Assembly (NCBI GenBank): GCA_963717145.1
Contig: OY970325.1
Location: 832,001 to 896,000 of the forward strand
Source of the DNA: an uncultured Armatimonadetes bacterium
Lineage (GTDB): Bacteria; Armatimonadota; UBA5829; DTJY01
Direction: 5' to 3'
Length of the DNA stretch: 64,000 nucleotides
Every line of letters begins with the position of its first letter. Positions within the stretch are counted from its first letter, which is position 1. Made by a program: the position numbers and the translations under genes. Positions 28,442 to 39,021 of the stretch are shown here, one piece after another. The notes under the pieces are model-generated. The model was not told the origin of the DNA. It did no database searches and worked only from the letters and a program-made list of their open reading frames with translations.

Positions 28442-29401
28442 CTAGCCCATCTCACTCAGCTCAATGTGCATAAGGAATGATGCGACTTGGCCGTGGAACT
28501 GACTGTCCCCAAACACGTTGTCACTCGGCAGGTCGAGATGCTCGGAAAGCCCTGCACTCCTTATGAGGAAGCTGGAGAAAGAATCAACGACCTGACTTAC
28601 AACCCTGCCATACATCCGAGTTGGTTCCCCGATACTCATTTGAGTCCAGCCTCGGATGAAGTCGTACAGATCGCGCGCGAAGTGCAGATTACCCAACGGA
28701 CCGTTCATTCCATCTGTCATCCACAACCACTCTTGGGGATGGATGCCACTCATCAGAGACCACACAGCTGACATAGTATTCCCGCCCGCTGAAACACCGC
28801 TACCCAACACACAGATGTCTGCAGGAGATAACGACTGCTTGCCCCGGAGCAACTCCGAAACCACCGGCGCTGAGGCCAGGATCATCTCGCCTGGTGTGCC
28901 GAGCAATCCAAAAGCCCCGAGACACCCCGTATGGTTTCGAAAGTGAATGTCGCTCCGACCCCGGAAGATACCTTTGTTACCAGCGAAGGGAGGGAAGTTT
29001 TTCAGCAGGAAAAGCTGCTCTGAGTCTACAGCCCAGTTCGAACCGTGGTCCTTCTTGTTCTGGATGAGGCATATTCGCGAAAAGATCGGCGATCCGCCGT
29101 CTGTAACCACACTCATGACAGCCATGTCGGCAAGCTCTTTGGTTACTGGCTTGTCCAGGTAGTTGAACTCAACATACGATCGTGATCCATGCAGCATCTT
29201 ACCTGACAGCCGCATTGGCCCATAAGACTGGCCGTTGACTGCTTCCACCAGTCGCTCCACAAGTGCAATCTCGTTGTCACCGACTGAATAGCCGCGCCCG
29301 AGACCTTCGTAACAGCGGTGGACAAGATCGGTTTGGAATCGCGCAAACCCCTCATCTTCCATCAGTTCGCCCATTTTCTTGAAAAGCCGACGCATATGCA
29401 T
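28442..29401 (-). CDS. Hypothetical protein with restriction-endonuclease-like motif
   Basis: GGAGG RBS; NE...V, KELADM...., LIQNKK pattern. Confidence 0.55.
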   Translation of the reverse strand: MHMRRLFKKMGELMEDEGFARFQTDLVHRCYEGLGRGYSVGDNEIALVERLVEAVNGQSYGPMRLSGKMLHGSRSYVEFNYLDKPVTKELADMAVMSVVTDGGSPIFSRICLIQNKKDHGSNWAVDSEQLFLLKNFPPFAGNKGIFRGRSDIHFRNHTGCLGAFGLLGTPGEMILASAPVVSELLRGKQSLSPADICVLGSGVSAGGNTMSAVWSLMSGIHPQEWLWMTDGMNGPLGNLHFARDLYDFIRGWTQMSIGEPTRMYGRVVSQVVDSFSSFLIRSAGLSEHLDLPSDNVFGDSQFHGQVASFLMHIELSEMG

Positions 29402-29464
29402 TGCCTCCTAGGTCATAGCATTAGACTGCTCACCGGAGTGGGAAGTAGTTGGTGACTTGTCGCA

Positions 29465-29493
29465 ATTGTAGGCGGCTCTGCTCTCCTTGTCAA
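29465..29493 (-). promoter_or_regulatory. sigma70-like promoter of the nuclease-like gene pair
   Basis: TTGACA-17 bp-TACAAT. Confidence 0.7.
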
Positions 29494-29626
29494 TCCCGTG
29501 TCGCTATGGATGATCCGGGTCCAAGCCTTCAACCATTCGCTATACGCGGCCCCAACACCGGCAACGCAAAACCTTCATCACTGGCAGGCATGAATTCCTG
29601 AGCGGGACGGCGAATAGAATCGCGGA

Positions 29627-32018
29627 ATGAAGAAACTGCTGCTCGCCATACTGCTGATTCCCGTCCTGCTCACCGGATGCGCGAAGCGGGATACCGGAAA
29701 GATCAAGCTCGTCGTCTGGGGTCTCCAGTCGAGCGAGGAATCGAAGGGGCTCGATGCCGTGGTCGCCGAGTACGAGCGCCGTCACCCGAACATCGACGTG
29801 CGAGTCCTCGCGATGGGCGCGGGCGGCATGAACCCCCAGAAGCTGATGACCGCCATCGTCGGCAAGGTCCCGCCGGATGTCGTCCATCAGGACCGCTTCA
29901 CGATCGGCGACTGGGCCTCCCGCGACACGTTCAGGCCGCTCGATGACCTCATCAAGCGCGACCTCGACCAGCCGGACGCCATCCACGAGGAGCAGTTCTA
30001 CAAGGCGTGCTGGGCCGAGGCCAACTATGAGGGCAAGGTCTACGCGATCCCCTTCAACACTGACGACCGCGCGCTCTACTACAACAAGAAGCTTTTCCGC
30101 GAGGCCGGCCTCGATCCGAACAAGCCGCCCAGGACGTGGGACGAACTGCTCGCCTGCGCCAAGAAGCTGACCAGGTACCGCAAGGACGGCGGCTTCGAGC
30201 GCGTCGGGTTCATCCCCAACTTCGGCAACAGTTGGCTCTACCTCTATAGCTGGCAGAACGGCGGCGAGTTCATGAGCCCCGACGGCCTGAAGTGCACCAT
30301 GAACAACAGGCATTCGGTCGAGGCGCTCGAGTACATGACCTCGGTCTACGACTCGCTCAAGGGGGTCGAGGCGATCAACTCGTTCTCGTCCGGCTTCAAA
30401 GCCAACGAACTCGATCCGTTCCTCACCGGCCTGGTCGCCATGAAGATCGACGGCAACTGGTTCCTCGACGGCATCGCGCGGTTCGGCCCGGACCTCGACT
30501 TCGCGGTCGCCCCGGCGCCGATCCCGAGGGAGCGTCTCGAGGGCAAGGGCAGGTTCGCAGGCCAGCCGAAGTTCATCACGTGGAGCGGGGGATTCTCCTT
30601 CGCGATCCCCAGAGGCGCGAAGCACGTCGAGGAGTCGTGGGACTTCATCAAGTGGATGTGCTCCGAGGAGGCGACGCGCATATCGTGCACCGCCCAGCGG
30701 AAGTACAACTTGAGCAAGGGCCGCCCGTACGTGCCCGGCATGACCGCGAACGTCAAGGTCAACGAAATGGTCTTCCGCGAGTTCGCCCCGAAGCTGCCGA
30801 AGTACCGCGACTCGCTCCGGATGTTCCTCGACCTGATGAACGCTTCGAAGTATCGCCCGGTCACCTTCGTCGGCCAGCGCCTTTGGGACGAACACGTCCG
30901 CGCATTCGACCAGGCGACTCGCCACAAGAAGACACCCCGGGGAGCAATGGACGAGGGCACGAGGATCGTCCAGAAGGAGCTCGAGAAGGTGTTCGGCAAA
31001 TCGCAGTTCAAGGAGCTGAACTGGGGCTACCCGATCGGCGTCCTCGCAGCCATGCTGCTCGTCTTCGTCGGGATCGTCATCAAGAAGTTCAGGGACTACG
31101 GCCCGATCGGCAAGCTCTCCCAGGGCGAGGCGATCGCGGGATATCTCTTCGCATCCCCGTGGATACTCGGCTTCCTGGTGTTCACCATCGGGCCGATCAT
31201 CGCCTCGATCATCTTCAGTTTCTGCGACTACGACGTGCTCCATGCGGCGCGCTGGGTCGGCCTCCACAACTACCGGGACCTGATGACCGACGACTGGCAG
31301 TACATGTCGAAGGCGCTGTTCAACGTCGGATACATGGCGGTCCTCGGCCTCCCGCTCGGACTGATCGCCAGCCTGTCGATCGCGATGCTCCTGAACACGA
31401 AGGTCGGCGGGATGACGTGGTATCGCACGATCTATTATCTGCCGTCGATTGTGCCCGTCGTCGCCAACGCGATCCTCTGGATCTGGGTGCTCAATCCCGA
31501 GTACGGCCTAGTGAACGCCGCATGGAGGGCGACCCTCTCCCAGTGGTTCCATCTCGCACCGCCCGGCTGGCTGACGAGCGAAGTCTACGCGAAACCCGGC
31601 CTGATCTTCATGGGCCTATGGGGCGCGGGTGGCGGGATGATCCTCTGGCTCGGCGGGGCTTCAGGGAGTGCCTCAGCATCTCTATGAGGCGGCCGACATC
31701 GACGGCGCGAACTGGTGGAGCCGGTTCTGGAACGTCACCTTCCCGATGCTCACGCCGTACATGTTCTTCAACCTGATAATGGGCATGATCGGCACGCTCC
31801 AGATGTTCGACCAAGTGTACATCATGACCGGCGGCGGACCGGTGGACTCGACCTCGGTGCCGGTGTTCTACCTGTTCAACAATGCGTTCACCTACTTCAA
31901 GATGGGGTACGCGTCGGCCATCGCATGGCTGCTGTTCATAATCATCCTCGCGCTGACGGTGGTGCAGCTCAAGCTTGCCCCGCGCTGGGTGCACTACGAA
32001 GCGGAGAAGGGGAAGTGA
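29627..32018 (+). CDS. Lipoprotein sugar-binding protein fused to MalF-like permease; +1 frameshift ~31652
   Basis: Lipobox LTGC; ALYYNKKLFREAGLDP; removing one G restores WLAGLQGVPQHLYEAADIDGA. Confidence 0.88.
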
Positions 32019-32054
32019 TTCAGTGAGCAGTGAACGGTGATCACTGATCACTGA
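32015..32054. repeat. Short inverted heptamer array (CAGTGAN)
   Basis: cagtgag cagtgaa cggtgat cactgat cactga. Confidence 0.7.
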
Positions 32055-32062
32055 GGATTACC

Positions 32063-33378
32063 ATGGAAACTCTGAACCCCATATTCTGGATACTCGGAAC
32101 GCTGTTCTTCTACATAGCCGCGGGACTCCTGCTGGTCATATTGATCGAGGGCGGGAAGTACCGCAGCCCGTCCCTGATCGTGGCGTCCGTGGTCGCTCTC
32201 GTGCCCGCGATCATCGCAGGCAGACTGATGTCGGCTCTCTCTCGACCCGATACTTCGCGATTGCTCTGATCGCGCTAGTCGCCCTGTTGGTCGTCTATGC
32301 GCTCGGCCCGCGAAGGACGAAGGACTGGCGACGTATCAAGCGGCGCAAGGAAACCATGCGGAAGGTCACGTACCACCTCATCCTGCTCACCGGGTTGGCG
32401 ATCTTCGTGGTGCCGTTCCTCTGGCTGGTGACGACCTCCGTCAAGGAAGAGGACCAGATGTTCAAGTACCCTCCGGTCTGGCTCCCGACCCAGCAGGTCC
32501 AAGAGGTATTCGAAGGCACTCGGCGCGGCATCTCCACCATGACCATCGACGGGCAGACGGTCAAGGTCGCCGAAACTGCCGAACTTGAGGACGGACGAAA
32601 GCGGGTCGAGATCATGCCCGGGCAGGTCGGTGAGGGGAAGACGATGCTGGTCGAGAGGTCTGAGCTGACGAAGATCCGGCGACTCGCCCCCAAGTGGGAG
32701 AACTATACCGACGCCCTCGATTTTCTGCCAAAGGAGACTCACAAGGGCCTGCTCTACCTGTGGAACACGATCTACATCACGGCGCTGAGCATCCTCGGCA
32801 CGGTGTTTTCCAGCTCGCTGGTGGCATACTCCTTCGCGAGACTGCGATGGCCGGGGAGGGATCAACTCTTCGTCGTGCTGCTGGGCACGATGATGCTTCC
32901 CGGCGCGGTGACGATGATCCCCGTGTTCCTCGTCTTCCGCGCTTTGGGATGGGTCGATACGCTCAAGCCGTTGTGGGTGCCGGCGTTCTTCGGCGGCGCG
33001 TTCAGCGTCTTCCTGCTCCGGCAGTTCTTCATGACGATCCCGACCGACCTGGAGGACGCCGCGAAGATCGATGGCTGCAGCCTTTTCGGGATCTACTGGC
33101 GGATCATGCTTCCGCTGATCAAGCCCGCGCTGGCCGCGCTCACGATCATGACGTTCATGGGCTCCTGGAACAACTTCATGGGCCCGTTGATCTACATCAA
33201 CTCGCCGGAGAAGATGACGCTTGCCTACGGACTCCAGCTCTTCCAGGGGGCGCACAGCGCGGAGTACGGCCTGCTGATGGCCGCCTCGACGCTCGTGATG
33301 CTCCCTGTCCTGCTGGTGTTCTTCTTCACCCAGCGGTACTTCATTCAGGGGATAACTCTCACGGGGATCAAGGGCTGA
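32063..33378 (+). CDS. Carbohydrate ABC permease (MalG-like) with extra N-terminal TMs; probable frameshift ~32250
   Basis: AYSFARLRWPGRD, LEDAAKIDG, QRYFIQGI; hydrophobic ORF 32063-32269 appears to continue into the 32287 frame. Confidence 0.8.
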
Positions 33379-33433
33379 GGCCAGATTGAGGCAACTCGGG
33401 TCAGGCGCAGAGCGTATATAATAGTGGAAATGC

Positions 33434-33559
33434 TCGTTCGGGCGGATTTGTAATCCAGCCCGCGTTGGCAATCTGGAGATCTGTGATTCCGCGAAGCTGG
33501 GATGGCATCACAGATGCCTGTTTGCCGCCGGGTGCTGGATTACAAATCCGCACCAACGA
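33434..33559. repeat. GTT-type REP doublet
   Basis: tcgttcgggcggatttgtaatccagcccg / ggtgctggattacaaatccgcaccaacga. Confidence 0.8.
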
Positions 33560-33577
33560 TCCGTCGCAGGAGGTAAT

Positions 33578-34384
33578 ATGAAAACCGATCGAATCGCACT
33601 CATCATCGTAATACTGGCCGTCTCGGCGACCGCGATGGCCGCTGAACCGGCCAAGGCGCCTGCGCCGTATACGGAGAAGATCGCCGGCACGCTCGTCAAG
33701 TTCGACATGGTACCGGTCCCCGCGGGCGAGATCACCGTCCCGGATCCCGCGAAGAAAGGCTCGACGAAGACCGTCAAGATCAAGCCGCTGTATGTGAGCA
33801 AGACCGAGGTTACATGGGACGAGTACGATGTGTTCGTCTACAAGTTCGACGAGCCGCAGTCGCCGTGCCCGGGCGGAGCGGATGCGGTTTCTCATCCGAG
33901 CAAGCCTTACGGAGCGGCGGATCGGGGCTACGGACACAAGGGCTATCCGGCGATCAACATGTCGTACTATGGCGCGGAGCAGTACTGCAAGTGGCTTTCG
34001 CTCAAGACCGCAAAGAAATACCGCCTGCCGACCGAGGCTGAGTGGGAATACGCCTGTCGAGCGGGGAAGCCTGAGCCGAGCGAGAAGGACCTCGCTTTGT
34101 GCGCCTGGTACTGGCAGGAAAAGACTCAGCCGGTAGGGAAAAAGAAACCGAATGCTTGCGGACTCTGCGACATTTACGGTAATGTGGCGGAGTGGTGCGT
34201 CGGACTCGACGGGAAACCGGTCGTCTGCGGCGGCGGCTTCGAGGATTTCGCGAAGGATGTTACCGCATCGAAGCGCAGGTACCAGCAGCCATCCTGGGCG
34301 GCGAATGATCCACAGGAACCGAAGAGCAAATGGTGGCTCTCCGACGCGCACTTCGTCGGCTTCCGGGTAGTCTGCGAGCAGTAG
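33578..34384 (+). CDS. Secreted FGE-sulfatase (SUMF1)-domain protein
   Basis: KTEVTW, YRLPTEAEWEYACRAG, KKPNA.GL.D..GNVAEW, GFRVV. Confidence 0.93.
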   Translation: MKTDRIALIIVILAVSATAMAAEPAKAPAPYTEKIAGTLVKFDMVPVPAGEITVPDPAKKGSTKTVKIKPLYVSKTEVTWDEYDVFVYKFDEPQSPCPGGADAVSHPSKPYGAADRGYGHKGYPAINMSYYGAEQYCKWLSLKTAKKYRLPTEAEWEYACRAGKPEPSEKDLALCAWYWQEKTQPVGKKKPNACGLCDIYGNVAEWCVGLDGKPVVCGGGFEDFAKDVTASKRRYQQPSWAANDPQEPKSKWWLSDAHFVGFRVVCEQ

Positions 34385-34390
34385 AAATCA

Positions 34391-34574
34391 GAACACAGAT
34401 CGCACAGATGGCGGAGGATGACACGGATAATGCTTTATCAGGAAACCAGGAATGAAGGAAGCCAGGAAGGGAATATGAATTCACCGTTTTCCGGTTCCTG
34501 GATTCCTGCTTTCCTGGCTTCCTGATACGAAGAATTCTGTACTATCTGTGTATCCATCTGTGTCTTCTGTGTTC
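34391..34574. repeat. Nested element: inverted 8-mer array inside inverted 9/10-mer array
   Basis: Outer arms 34391-34428 / 34535-34574; inner (NNAGGAAN)x4 ... (TTCCTGNN)x4 at 34436-34527. Confidence 0.85.
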
Positions 34575-34592
34575 CAAAGCTTGTGAAAGGAT

Positions 34593-35795
34593 ATGGATAT
34601 GGAGAACGCTTCAGGGGTATTTGCTGCCGGATCAGATGAGATCCGGGTCGGAGTCATTGGGTCCGGCGGCCGAGGAACAGGCGCGGCCGTTGACTGCATC
34701 AAGAGCGCTCCCGGCGTGAGGATCGTCGCAATGGGCGACCTCGTTCAGGACAGGGTCGAGGGCAGCCGCGACAGGTTGATGGCCAACGAGGAGATCAAGG
34801 CCAATGTCGATGTCCCGAGCGACCGAGTGTTCTGGGGCTTCGACAACTACAAGAAGGTGCTCGACTGCGACATCAATATGGTCATCCTGGCCGAGCCGCC
34901 CGGTTTTCGTCCGACTTCCTTTGCGGCTGCGGTCGATGCAGGGAAGCACGTCTTCATGGAGAAACCGGTCGCGGTCGATGCCCCCGGCGTGAGGGCGATC
35001 CTTCTGGCAGGGATGACCGCGAGGCAGAAGAAGCTGGGCGTCGTCACAGGCACGATCAAGCGTCACCAGGCGAACTACGTGGAGACCGTGAAGCGGATCC
35101 ACGAGGGCGCGGTCGGCGAGATCCTCTCCGCTCAATGCTACTTCAACACCGGTGAGCTGTGGAATCACGGCCGGAAGCCCGAGTGGTCGGACATGGAGTG
35201 GCAGTGCAGGAACTGGCTCTATTTCACCTGGCTTTCGGGCGATCACATTGTCGAGCAGCACGTTCACAACCTCGATGTCATCAACTGGGCGATGAGGGCT
35301 CATCCCGTGAAGTGCGTGGCAATGGGCGGCCGGCAGGTCCGGACCGATCCGGCATACGGCCACATCTTCGACCACTTCACGGTGGAGTACGAATACCCCA
35401 ATGGCGCGCGGATGATGAGCATGTGCCGCCAGACCGACGGATGCGCCAATAACGTCTCCGAGCGAGTCGTCGGCGCGAAGGGGTGGTCAAACTGCTCCGG
35501 GATCATCCAGGGCGAGAACGAGTGGAAGTTCGAGGGCGAGGCTCCGAGCCCGTATGTTCAGGAGCACACCGATCTGATCAACAGCATCCGTGAGGGCGAC
35601 CCTCTGAACGAGGCGAGGCAGATCGCGCACAGCAGCCTGACCGCCATCATGGGCCGCATGTCGGCGTACACCGGCCAGGAGATCACCTGGGACCAGGCGC
35701 TCAATTCGCAGGAGAACCTGATGCCCGAGAAGCTCGAATTCGGGCCGCTCCCGGTTGCGCCGGTGGCCGTTCCGGGCAAGACACCGTTTATCTAG
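34593..35795 (+). CDS. Gfo/Idh/MocA oxidoreductase, no signal peptide
   Basis: VGVIGSGGRG, GKHVFMEKPVA, EQHVHNLD. Confidence 0.93.
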   Translation: MDMENASGVFAAGSDEIRVGVIGSGGRGTGAAVDCIKSAPGVRIVAMGDLVQDRVEGSRDRLMANEEIKANVDVPSDRVFWGFDNYKKVLDCDINMVILAEPPGFRPTSFAAAVDAGKHVFMEKPVAVDAPGVRAILLAGMTARQKKLGVVTGTIKRHQANYVETVKRIHEGAVGEILSAQCYFNTGELWNHGRKPEWSDMEWQCRNWLYFTWLSGDHIVEQHVHNLDVINWAMRAHPVKCVAMGGRQVRTDPAYGHIFDHFTVEYEYPNGARMMSMCRQTDGCANNVSERVVGAKGWSNCSGIIQGENEWKFEGEAPSPYVQEHTDLINSIREGDPLNEARQIAHSSLTAIMGRMSAYTGQEITWDQALNSQENLMPEKLEFGPLPVAPVAVPGKTPFI

Positions 35796-35869
35796 TTATC
35801 AGTCGTCAGTTATCAGTCATCAGTCGGCGAAGCCCTTACTGTGAACTGACAACTGATAACTGAAAACTG
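35794..35869. repeat. Inverted heptamer array (AGTNNTC / ACTGANA)
   Basis: agttatc agtcgtc agttatc agtcatc ... actgaca actgata actgaaa. Confidence 0.85.
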
Positions 35870-35888
35870 TTTGCGAAAGGACAGGTAG

Positions 35889-37172
35889 ATGGAGAGACAA
35901 GACAAGGCAATATCTCGGAGGGATTTTCTTAGGTCATCGGTGGCTTCGGCCGCGCTGCTGACGGCGGGCGCGCTCCCGATCGGACAGGGCGCGTGGGCCA
36001 CCGGATCCGATGTCATCAAGGTCGGCGTGATCGGCTGTGGCGGACGAGGGAACGGCGCGGCCCACGACTGCATCGCAAGCTCCGAAGGCGTGAAGATCGT
36101 ACGCGCTCGGCGACCTCTTCCAGGACCGGCTCGATGGCTGCTACAACGGTCTCACCGGCGACGCGAACCTCAAGGACAGGGTCGATCTCAGCCGCGAGCG
36201 GTGTTTCACCGGCTTCGACGCCTACCAGAAGGTCATCGACAGCGGTGTTGACATGGTGATCCTCGCCACGCCACCGGGATTCCGTCCCGCGCACTTCCAA
36301 GGCTGCGATCAAGGCAGGCAAGCACGTGTTCATGGAGAAGCCGGTCGCGGTCGATGCGCCGGGAGTCCGAACGATCCTGCAGTCCGGCATGCTGGCACGC
36401 GCGAAGAAGCTCGGGGTCGTCGCCGGGACTCAGCGCGACACCAGTTTCCTTACGTCGAGACGATCAAGCGGATCCACGACGGCGCTATCGGCGACATCGT
36501 CGTCGGCCCAGTGCTACTGGAACCAGGGCGGGCTGTGGAATCACGGGCGCAAGCCGGAGTGGACGGATATGGAGTGGCAGATCCGCAACTGGCTCTATTT
36601 CACATGGCTCTCGGGCGACCACATCTGCGAGCAGCACGTCCACAACATCGACGTGATCAACTGGGCGGTCGGCGATCACCCGATCAAGTGCGTCGGCATG
36701 GGCGGCCGGCAGGTCCGGACCGATCCGGCATACGGCCACGTCTTCGATCACTTCGCAGTCGAGTACTTCTACGAGAAGGGCGCGCGCCTGATGAGCATGT
36801 GCCGCCAGATCGACGGATGCGCGAGTAACGTCTCCGAGCGAGTGGTCGGCACGAAGGGCTCGTCGAACTGCGCCGGGTGGATCGACGGCGAAACCAAGTG
36901 GAAGTACGAAGGCCCGAGCCCGAGTCCAACCGTGCAGGAGCACGCTGATCTGATCGCGAGCATCCGAGCAGGCAGGCCGCTGAACGAGGCGAAGCGGATC
37001 GCGGAGAGCGTCCTGACCGCGATCATGGGCCGAATGTCCGCGTACACCGGCCAGGAGATCACCTGGGAGCAGGCGCTCAATTCGCAGGAGAACCTGATGC
37101 CCGCCAAGCTCGAGTTCGGCCCGCTTCCCGTCGCGCCGGTGGCGGTGCCCGGGCAAGACACCGTTTATCTAG
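35889..37172 (+). CDS. Tat-exported Gfo/Idh/MocA oxidoreductase, tandem paralogue; about 5 frameshifts
   Basis: SRRDFL; VGVIGCGGRG; MEKPVAVD; alignment to the upstream paralogue places the true stop at 37170-37172. Confidence 0.85.
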
Positions 37173-37238
37173 TTCTCAGTCGTCAGTTGTCAGTCCGGAA
37201 AGGCCCGACCGATAACTGATGACTGAAAACTGAAGACT
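37171..37238. repeat. Inverted heptamer array, same family as 35794
   Basis: agttctc agtcgtc agttgtc ... accgata actgatg actgaaa actgaag. Confidence 0.85.
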
Positions 37239-37250
37239 CCGGAGGATATT

Positions 37251-38129
37251 ATGAAAATGAACCGACGCGAACTGCTTATCAGCGGCACACTTAGTGGAGT
37301 CGCGCTGTCCGCCGGTCTGCCGGTCGGTGGCGCAGAGAAGAAGCCGTCCGCCAAGCTCAGGATATCGAGCCAGGAGCGGATCGTTCCCGGCAAGGACCTC
37401 CCAGAGATCCTCGCCAAGATGGACAAGTGGGGCATCGAGGGCATCGAACTCGGCGGCCGTGGACTCGCCGGGCGTGTCCCCGAGATCAAGGCAGCGCTCG
37501 CCAACTCGAACGTCAAGGTGAGCGCGATCTGCGCCGGATTCGATGGGGCGCTTTCGAGCGATCAGGAATCCGAGCGCGCGAAGTGCGTGTCGTCGATGAA
37601 GGACATCCTTGTCGCCGCCGGCGAGCTTCAATCGACCGGACTGATCTTCGTCCCGGCATTCAATGGCCAGACGAAGCTGAACCACGTCGACGCGCGGAAG
37701 GTGCTCCTCGATCAGCTTCCCGAGCTGGCGGAATATGCCGTCAAGTGCGGCACTACGGTCCTGCTCGAGCCGCTGAACCGCAATGAGACGTGGCTCGTGC
37801 GAATGCTCTCCGATGCGGCCTCGATCTGCCGGGATGCGAACAATCCCGGCGCGTGCGTGATGGGCGACTTCTACCACATGTACATCGAGGAGACGAGCGA
37901 CATGGGCGCGTTCATCTCCGCCGGTCCGATGCTCCATCACGTGCACCTGGCATCGATCAAGCGCAACCTTCCCGGCCAGGACGAGCGCGACTACACGAAC
38001 GGCTTCAAGGGCCTGAAGATGATCGGCTACCAGGACTTCTGCAGCTTCGAGTGCGGAGTCATCGGAGACCGTGATGTCGAGATCCCCAAGTGCGTGAAGT
38101 TCCTGAAGAAGCAGTGGGACAAGGCGTGA
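37251..38129 (+). CDS. Tat-exported sugar phosphate isomerase/epimerase (xylose-isomerase-like TIM barrel)
   Basis: NRRELL; LLEPLNRNE, GDFYHM, HVHLA, R.LPG, SFEC. Confidence 0.9.
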   Translation: MKMNRRELLISGTLSGVALSAGLPVGGAEKKPSAKLRISSQERIVPGKDLPEILAKMDKWGIEGIELGGRGLAGRVPEIKAALANSNVKVSAICAGFDGALSSDQESERAKCVSSMKDILVAAGELQSTGLIFVPAFNGQTKLNHVDARKVLLDQLPELAEYAVKCGTTVLLEPLNRNETWLVRMLSDAASICRDANNPGACVMGDFYHMYIEETSDMGAFISAGPMLHHVHLASIKRNLPGQDERDYTNGFKGLKMIGYQDFCSFECGVIGDRDVEIPKCVKFLKKQWDKA

Positions 38130-38132
38130 AGC

Positions 38133-38173
38133 CAGTGAACGGTGAACTGTGAGCAGTGAACGGTGGACAGTGG
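38133..38173. repeat. Heptamer array CNGTGNN (single arm)
   Basis: cagtgaa cggtgaa ctgtgag cagtgaa cggtgga cagtgg. Confidence 0.8.
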
Positions 38174-38220
38174 GCGGGTCGAGCGGCTCGCCCATTGTTA
38201 CGAGTCAGACAGGTGGGAGC

Positions 38221-39018
38221 ATGCTTATCCAATCTCACAGAGGCGCGGGCAATCTTGGGCCGGAGAATACCCTCGAATCGTTCGAACTCGGCTGGCGGAT
38301 GGGGTTCGTCCCGGAGGCCGATGTCCGCGTCACGAAGGACGGCGTCCCGGTCGCCTTTCACGACAACGACTTCACGCGGCTTGCGCCCGACGCACCCGAG
38401 GAGATACGTGGTCTGAGCATCGCGGATGTGACCTGGGATCAGATCCGCCCGCTCGATGTCGGCTCATACAAGGGGAGCGAGTTCGTCGGCCAGCGCATTC
38501 CGAAGATCAGCGATGTGTTCGAGGCGTTGAGGGCACACCCGGACGGGCTGATGTACCTCGACTTCAAGAACATCTCACTCCCGGACCTGGCATCGCTTGC
38601 CCGCGAGCATGGTGTCATCCATCAGACCATCCTCGCGTCCACAAACTACCAGCATCTTCTGGAGTGGTCCGACATCGCGCCGGAGAGTGCCACCCTTCGC
38701 TGGATGGGCGGCACTGAGGAGAGCCTTCGCGAACGCATGGAAGGGCTCAGAGAGTCCGGCTTCAGGGGTCTCAGCCAGCTCCAGATCCATGTGAATCTGA
38801 TCGCCGAGCTGTCCGCCGATGAGCCGTTCGGCCCATCGTCACAGTTCCTGCGTGAGGTCGGCGAGGAGATCAGGCCGCGCGGAATCCTGTTCCAGTCGCT
38901 CCCGTGGAGGGTCGCCGACGTGGCGGTCTACCACCGGCTTATGGACCTCGGCGTCGAGTCATTCGCGTCCGACGATCCGCAGGTCGCACTGGAAGCAGCG
39001 CGGACCTACAAGGGGTAG
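38221..39018 (+). CDS. Glycerophosphodiester phosphodiesterase family protein
   Basis: SHRGAG..PENT, EADVRVTKDG.PV.FHD. Confidence 0.9.
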   Translation: MLIQSHRGAGNLGPENTLESFELGWRMGFVPEADVRVTKDGVPVAFHDNDFTRLAPDAPEEIRGLSIADVTWDQIRPLDVGSYKGSEFVGQRIPKISDVFEALRAHPDGLMYLDFKNISLPDLASLAREHGVIHQTILASTNYQHLLEWSDIAPESATLRWMGGTEESLRERMEGLRESGFRGLSQLQIHVNLIAELSADEPFGPSSQFLREVGEEIRPRGILFQSLPWRVADVAVYHRLMDLGVESFASDDPQVALEAARTYKG

Positions 39019-39021
39019 CCG

